Of a stretch of 64,000 bases of DNA, positions 59,099 to 64,000 are shown in pieces (position 1 is the first letter of the stretch; every line of letters begins with the position of its first letter). Source of the stretch: Anaerolineales bacterium (GTDB lineage: Bacteria; Chloroflexota; Anaerolineae; Anaerolineales; UBA11579); contig JAHBVE010000002.1 of NCBI GenBank assembly GCA_019637675.1, forward strand, positions 207,797 to 271,796, in the 5' to 3' direction. Under the pieces are notes generated by a model. That model did no database searches, was not told where the DNA came from, and saw only the letters and a program-made list of their open reading frames with translations. A program made the translations under genes and the position numbers.

Positions 59099-59160
59099 AT
59101 TGAACGCATTATAGTAGCAAACACCGCCCTGTCAACCAGGATTGAACGCACTGAACACTA
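59099..59160. promoter_or_regulatory. Repeated TGAAC(G/A)C boxes in the divergent M24 / XRE-regulator control region
   Basis: ATTGAACGCA occurs at 59099-59108 and 59141-59150, and CTGAACACTA at 59151-59160. TGAACACTA recurs identically at 49517-49525. Confidence 0.4.
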
Positions 59161-59212
59161 TTTGGCGTGGCATATTTACCCTTCCTGTATTAGACTGTAC
59201 AAATCTCTAGCC

Positions 59213-59893
59213 ATGTCTGACTTGATTGAACAAAATCCCAGCGAAATTGGTCGCAAACTATGGGCGGCCCGCCAAAAACACAAGATGAGCCTGCGAGACC
59301 TGGCTCGCGCCGCCGAGATCAGCGCCAGCATGCTGAGCCAGATCGAAACCGGCAAGGCTTTTCCTTCCGTACGCTCACTTTACAAGATCGCCGCCGCGCT
59401 GGGTGTCTCGGTGGATTATTTCTTCCCCGCCCAGGAGGAGAACGGCCCCGCGGCCAATGGCGTGGTCAACAGCACCGAGCTGACGGCCAGCCAGATGCGC
59501 GAAGCCCTGCTCACCAACGAGAGCGGCGAGGGCATGGTCAGCTTCCCCAACACCCACAAAGCGCCGATCGTGCACGCCGCGGCCCGCCCCACTCTCGAGC
59601 TCAATAGCGGTATCACCTGGGCGCGCTTAACCGCCATAGCCGAGACCGACACCGAATTCCTCGAGATCCAATATGCTCCAGGCGCAGAATCTGGCAAGAA
59701 CATGTCCAGCCACTCCGGCCGCGAGTTCGGTCTGGTGCTCGAAGGCCAGCTTATGGTCGAGCTGGGCTTCGAGACCTACACCCTCGGCACGGGTGACAGC
59801 ATCATCTTTGATTCCAGTACACCTCACCGTTTGACAAACAATGGCAACACCTCCATGCGAGCCTTGTGGGTGGTGCTCAACCCTCAATCCTAG
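59213..59893 (+). CDS. XRE-family HTH plus cupin-domain transcriptional regulator
   Basis: ORF 58853..59893. Start at ATG 59213 (MSDLIEQNPSEIGRKLWAARQKHKMSLRDLARAAEISASMLSQIETGK). C-terminal cupin GREFGLVLEGQL...GDSIIFDSSTPHRLTN. Confidence 0.82.
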   Translation: MSDLIEQNPSEIGRKLWAARQKHKMSLRDLARAAEISASMLSQIETGKAFPSVRSLYKIAAALGVSVDYFFPAQEENGPAANGVVNSTELTASQMREALLTNESGEGMVSFPNTHKAPIVHAAARPTLELNSGITWARLTAIAETDTEFLEIQYAPGAESGKNMSSHSGREFGLVLEGQLMVELGFETYTLGTGDSIIFDSSTPHRLTNNGNTSMRALWVVLNPQS

Positions 59894-59910
59894 ACGCGTA
59901 CAGCAGTGCG

Positions 59911-59919
59911 TGTTAAAAT
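59911..59919 (+). promoter_or_regulatory. Extended -10 promoter (TGtTAAAAT) for tRNA-Gln
   Basis: TGTTAAAAT ends 11 nt before the mature tRNA 5' end. Confidence 0.5.
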
Positions 59920-59930
59920 AGCTTTCGCAG

Positions 59931-60001
59931 TGCGGATTCGTCTAGTGGTAGGACGTCTGACTCTGACTCAGAAAGCCCTGGTTCGAGCCCAGGATCCGCA
60001 T
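59931..60001 (+). tRNA. tRNA-Gln (anticodon CTG)
   Basis: Folded by hand. Acceptor TGCGGAT/ATCCGCA (U1-A72), anticodon stem TCTGA/TCAGA with loop CTCTGAC, T-arm CCTGG-TTCGAGC-CCAGG. No encoded CCA. Confidence 0.9.
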
Positions 60002-60005
60002 CACT

Positions 60006-60035
60006 AAAACTGCCAGCCAAGCTGGCAGTTTTTTT
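60006..60035 (+). terminator. Rho-independent terminator after tRNA-Gln
   Basis: AAAACTGCCAGC-CAA-GCTGGCAGTTTTTTT. Confidence 0.8.
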
Positions 60036-61910
60036 ATGCCACGCTACGAATGCTCGCAGCAGATGTTCAATTCGGCCAGCGGGTATACTGCGAGGCGCCT
60101 CCCAAAAAACATGCCCTTTTTCGGTTCTCGTACCCAATGGCACTTGCTGCGTCTGGTGACCGTCCTTAGCTTAGGAGTGGCCGTACTGGCTCGCCTCGGA
60201 GACGGAAAGTGGGTTGACCTATTCCCCATCGCTCTGCTGGCGCTTCTGGCAGCTCTCTGGCTGAAGCCCGCCATATACGCTCGGCTTGAACACAGTATCA
60301 CCAGCCAACCCAAACGAAGTGTTGGCTGGCTTATCGCTGTTGCAGTAACAGCTGGACTCGCATCCCTGGCAAGTGGCTTGATGGTATTTCTGTTCAGCCG
60401 CCTTACCCATTCCAACGACTTGCCTCTTTCCATATGGCTGATCGATCTGCTCCTGAGCATCCTGCTCGTGGTTATCGTCTACGACCAGACTCAAGTTGCA
60501 AAGAGCGAAGATCAGAACAGGCCGCGCAACCTATGGTCCTTTCTGATCTTTTTTGCATTCGGTCTGGGCATGGTCTGGAAAGCCCTTGCATACCCCATGA
60601 CCTGGGATGACTTGCACCTTATACGTTTTTTTTCGGTTGACAATTTGCAGTCCACGTGGACTGGCTATTGGGACCCGGACCGGATCGAGACGCCGGGGTA
60701 CCGCCCACTGACCACCGCTTTCAACCACTTTCGCTACATACTGTTTCGAGAAGACGTTGTTCTACACAGGGTATTTTTAGTTGGCCTGTATGCTGCCTTT
60801 CTGGCACGAACAGTAACAATTGCTCAACGCTTTGGGTTGGCCTGGCAGTTTGGCGTCGTTGGGGGTCTTTTTGCGTTTGCAGCTCGCCAAAGTGTGTATC
60901 ACTATGTATGGCTTTCTGACGGCATTCATCTGATACAGGCCCTGCTTGTAGTACAAACTCTCTTTCTGATCACAGAAGCGATCAGGCGGCATGAGGGGGT
61001 CTATTTCGTTTATGCAGCAGTCTTTGCCGGGGCCTCTTTGCTCGTGCGCGAAGACAACCTGATACTGGTTCCCCTCGCACTCTTCATGAGCCTGATCTAT
61101 CTAGGTTTCTTAGACGCCCCTCCATCCGTGCGCAGAACTACTTACATTTTCTGCTTTGGGCTGGTGGTTACCGCGCTCTCTTTTTACCTACTACGCAACC
61201 ACCTAATAGACACCGACTCCAGCACATTGGGACTGGAGGGCGTGAGGAATATAGCCCTGCTGACCTTCTTTGGCTTTACGGGTGGTCAGAGCTTTGACGC
61301 ACTGTCTGGTTTTTTTGTCGCTACATGGCCGCTTGTGCTGCTACTGTGCGCAGTACTTCTTATCAAGTTGGTCTATGAAAGCCGCTGGCAGCCGTCCTTG
61401 CTATGGTTTGCAGTAACCGTCATCACCTGCAGTGTAGGGTTGATAAATAATCGCGCGAACCTGCTCGTATTCTCAGTGACTGCATTCGGCTTCTTCCTCG
61501 CCACGATCATTGCTGCCTTGTGGGCAAGGCGCCAACTCGTGCAGGCAGCGGTATGTTTAGTGGTTGCTGTCTATCTCGCCGGAACTCTCTACATTAGTCA
61601 AACAGCCATAGAAACATTTCACCCCTCTGCTGATAATGTGGTTTATTGGAATGCAGAGTTCGTCTATGGACGCCACTCCCATGCGGCTACCATTCCAGAG
61701 CAGCGCGCTGAAGCCATCAAGCAACAGTTGGCAGCCTTCAACATTTATAGTGCGGCGGATATTCCCTCTGCGTATCAACTATCGCATAGTTATGCAGACG
61801 GTTCTGATACTTTTTCGGCCTTGGTCAACCAAGCTATGCGGCAAGGGATCAGGCGCCCCGCTGCAGATGGACGCTTCTTTGTGCCCTTGTTGGGGGTTTT
61901 CACCCCCTAG
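60036..61910 (+). CDS. Large polytopic membrane protein, GT-C-fold glycosyltransferase-like
   Basis: 624 aa. The first-loop acidic motif is YPMTWDDLHLIRFF, followed by GYRPLTTAF. There are about 14 helices and GC is lower than in the neighbours. The start is uncertain: ATG 60036 abuts the terminator T-run, and ATG 60063 or 60111 are possible. Confidence 0.55.
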   Translation: MPRYECSQQMFNSASGYTARRLPKNMPFFGSRTQWHLLRLVTVLSLGVAVLARLGDGKWVDLFPIALLALLAALWLKPAIYARLEHSITSQPKRSVGWLIAVAVTAGLASLASGLMVFLFSRLTHSNDLPLSIWLIDLLLSILLVVIVYDQTQVAKSEDQNRPRNLWSFLIFFAFGLGMVWKALAYPMTWDDLHLIRFFSVDNLQSTWTGYWDPDRIETPGYRPLTTAFNHFRYILFREDVVLHRVFLVGLYAAFLARTVTIAQRFGLAWQFGVVGGLFAFAARQSVYHYVWLSDGIHLIQALLVVQTLFLITEAIRRHEGVYFVYAAVFAGASLLVREDNLILVPLALFMSLIYLGFLDAPPSVRRTTYIFCFGLVVTALSFYLLRNHLIDTDSSTLGLEGVRNIALLTFFGFTGGQSFDALSGFFVATWPLVLLLCAVLLIKLVYESRWQPSLLWFAVTVITCSVGLINNRANLLVFSVTAFGFFLATIIAALWARRQLVQAAVCLVVAVYLAGTLYISQTAIETFHPSADNVVYWNAEFVYGRHSHAATIPEQRAEAIKQQLAAFNIYSAADIPSAYQLSHSYADGSDTFSALVNQAMRQGIRRPAADGRFFVPLLGVFTP

Positions 61911-63001
61911 ATTGCAAAAAGCCACAAGCTCATCACTGTAAACACCAGCCCATAGACCAGTACGCGCTTCACCGCATGGCGAGCCGCAAACAGTAACGCG
62001 GCCAGCTGCAGCCCGATGGCCAGCCGTACCGCCCCATACGGCTCTATATACAAAGCCAACGACATGAAAGGGAACATGGCCGCATGGAGCAGCAAGGCCA
62101 GCGCGCTGAAGTCAGCATGCTCTCGTAACCACGCACGCGCGCCAGCCCACAGCCCCCATACCGTCGGCAGGAAGATAGTCGGCAAATACAGCAGGCCAAC
62201 TACCAACATCCACACCGGGCTGTATTGCCCTATACGCCACCAGCCATTGAATGGGATCCACTCCAGCCCGGTCGCATTCGCCCCGCCTAAGCCAAAACCC
62301 AGGCTACCAAACTGGCTCAACAGCCAGATGCGGAAAGCCAGCATGGGCAGTCCGGCGACGATCGCCAGCCCGGCGGCATCCCGCCAGCGGCGGGCGAACA
62401 GATAACTCAACCCTTGAGCCGCCACGAACAGCAGGGTAGTTTCCTTGGCAAAGATCGCTAGCGAGAAACATACCCAAGTCCAGCGCGCCCGACCAGTTTG
62501 CTCCAGCCATATCGCCGCGATCACCAGCGCAAAAGCGAGCGTCTCTGGCAATGCCAGGCGGATCGAGAGCAGGCACCCGAGCATCAAACCATAAGCCAAG
62601 GCATACCAGTGGCTATAGCCTGCACGCTGTAGCACCTTGCCTAGCATGTGTACACCTGCCACATGCGCTCCTAGCGCAATAAGTGGCAGCATCCATGCCA
62701 ACAGATCAGCGTCGCCGAAACTTAGCCAGCGCGCCAACAGTGGCAGCAGGATGCGCTGGTAGCGATAGGCCGGCACATCCAGATATTGTGCTGCCTCTTG
62801 CGGATCAGCATAGCGCGCAATTGCGTAGAAGAACTGCCCATCGTAGCCTTCCGTGCCGGCAAGGTCGCCTTGAGTGAACTGAGTGCCGGGGCGTATGAGC
62901 TCATTCACGTCCCAGTCAGCGCGCGCCAGCACCACGCCCAGCACCAACAACCCAGCTACCGGGGTTACCAACGCTGGTGAAAACAAGCGGCGCAACATCA
63001 T
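61907..63001 (-). CDS. Polytopic membrane protein, putative glycopolymer glycosyltransferase (GT-C-like)
   Basis: ORF 61907..63016. Start set to ATG 63001 (ATGA overlap with the upstream stop). The motif EGYDGQFFYAIARYADP...YRYQRILLPLLA recalls membrane GT families. The stop overlaps the convergent 60036..61910 stop by 4 nt. Confidence 0.5.
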   Translation of the reverse strand: MMLRRLFSPALVTPVAGLLVLGVVLARADWDVNELIRPGTQFTQGDLAGTEGYDGQFFYAIARYADPQEAAQYLDVPAYRYQRILLPLLARWLSFGDADLLAWMLPLIALGAHVAGVHMLGKVLQRAGYSHWYALAYGLMLGCLLSIRLALPETLAFALVIAAIWLEQTGRARWTWVCFSLAIFAKETTLLFVAAQGLSYLFARRWRDAAGLAIVAGLPMLAFRIWLLSQFGSLGFGLGGANATGLEWIPFNGWWRIGQYSPVWMLVVGLLYLPTIFLPTVWGLWAGARAWLREHADFSALALLLHAAMFPFMSLALYIEPYGAVRLAIGLQLAALLFAARHAVKRVLVYGLVFTVMSLWLFAI

Positions 63002-64000
63002 GCGGTGCGCCGCCACAAAACTATCCAGAGCAGCCAGGCGAGCAGGCTGCTGACCAAACCGAGGCTGAAAGCGAGAGGCCGATAGCGGAATTCAACCTCA
63101 TGCGCGCCAGCGGGTATTTCCACGGCGCGGAAGGCTCCGTAAGCCGGCGTGATCTCAACCGGCTCCCCATCGACCTCCGCCCCCCAGCCCGGGTAGTACG
63201 TATCCGCCAGCAGCAGCCAGCCGCCCTGGCTCACATCTACGCTTACGCTGACATGGTTGGCCCCGCTGTGTGTCAAACGCGCGCCATCGTCAATAAGCGG
63301 GCAACCTGGCAATTCAGTTGCCAGGTCCACACGCGGCTGGCAGCCATACAACTGGGCGCGTGGCAAGGCCGCCACAGTTTCAAAACGTACCTGCCCACCC
63401 TGCTCCACATGCTGCAGCACGCTAACGTTCATCAGCGCCAACATATCAGTACGCGTTCGTGCGTCGGCCGCTTCCAGCGCTTCGATCCACTGCACATAAC
63501 GCGCCGGCAGCAAGGGATCAAAGTTGTTGGCGCTGGGCAGGCCTTCGAGCACGCCAACGTTCGGCAGCAAGCTGGTACGCATCTCCATAGGATCGGCACT
63601 GTAAAAAGTATCGAAGCGAAACAGGTGCCCGAACTTCAGCTCGCGTTCATCCTCGGCAGGCATATACAAGCGGCCGCCGTCTAGCTGCAGCAGCATTTCT
63701 GCATGCACGGGTTTCTCAGCATACAAAGCCAGCGGCGCCCCCTGGTTGAGCCCCCAGCCGGCAACCAGCAACTCTGCGGCTACGAACAATGCTAATACCC
63801 AAGTGCCGACACGTTCCGGCAATTGCCAGCCGCGCAAATTGAACACCGACACTGCCAGCAGGGTCAGCCCCAGCCACAACATGGCACTCGGGTAACTAGC
63901 TGGAATGTCAAAGCGCGAGCCTGAACGCAACAAAATACCCACGACCCCACCCAATATGACAGCCACCGCTCCAGCGACTGCCAGGCGGCTCCAATATAGG
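62998..64000 (-). CDS. YfhO-like membrane glycosyltransferase, C-terminal part. The gene continues beyond the right window edge.
   Basis: The frame is open to position 64000. The C-terminal signature AYGAFRAVEIPAGAHEVEFRYRPLAFSLGLVSSLLAWLLW is typical of the YfhO C-terminus. Confidence 0.6.
   Translation of the reverse strand, partial: LYWSRLAVAGAVAVILGGVVGILLRSGSRFDIPASYPSAMLWLGLTLLAVSVFNLRGWQLPERVGTWVLALFVAAELLVAGWGLNQGAPLALYAEKPVHAEMLLQLDGGRLYMPAEDERELKFGHLFRFDTFYSADPMEMRTSLLPNVGVLEGLPSANNFDPLLPARYVQWIEALEAADARTRTDMLALMNVSVLQHVEQGGQVRFETVAALPRAQLYGCQPRVDLATELPGCPLIDDGARLTHSGANHVSVSVDVSQGGWLLLADTYYPGWGAEVDGEPVEITPAYGAFRAVEIPAGAHEVEFRYRPLAFSLGLVSSLLAWLLWIVLWRRTA

Overview
High-GC bacterial chromosome segment, tightly packed, with mostly rho-independent bidirectional terminators. 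Gene content (MreBCD-PBP2-MinCDE-RodA, partial nuo, many GT-C membrane proteins) suggests a Chloroflexota-like organism, but that is a low-confidence guess. All family calls were made by eye from motifs, with no searches run.

Layout:
- 1-9.7 kb: AT-richer glycan locus. A GT4-sulfotransferase-GT4 operon lies divergent to a fused ATP-sulfurylase/APS-kinase, followed by three GT-C-like membrane proteins.
- tRNA-Gly, then pyk.
- 11.6-16.1 kb: five-gene minus-strand operon of mostly unknown function.
- 16.7-22.7 kb: cupredoxin, then ricT-mrp-(Cys-rich ORF)-nuoI-nuoCD-nuoB-iscX.
- 22.8-28.2 kb: regulators, a secreted protein, a CAP/LysM protein, azlCD, and an SRPBCC-ArsR pair.
- glmS with a roughly 430-nt hairpin-dense leader.
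- 30.8-39.9 kb: mreBCD-mrdA-minCDE-rodA-gltX.
- 41.2-59.9 kb: catabolic island. It has a CUT2-type ABC importer whose permease is fused to an amidohydrolase, duplicated amidohydrolase and bicupin paralogues, an E1a/E1b/E2 set without E3, ALDH, a HIBADH-like gene, an M24 hydrolase and an XRE-cupin regulator.
- tRNA-Gln, then three more GT-C/YfhO-like membrane proteins.

Most noteworthy: the permease-amidohydrolase fusion and its island, the PAPS-linked glycan locus, the stand-alone NuoB/CD/I module bracketed by Fe-S assembly factors, the unexplained glmS leader, and recurring extended -10 and leaderless start architecture. No CRISPR, transposase, integrase or recognisable defence genes were seen.
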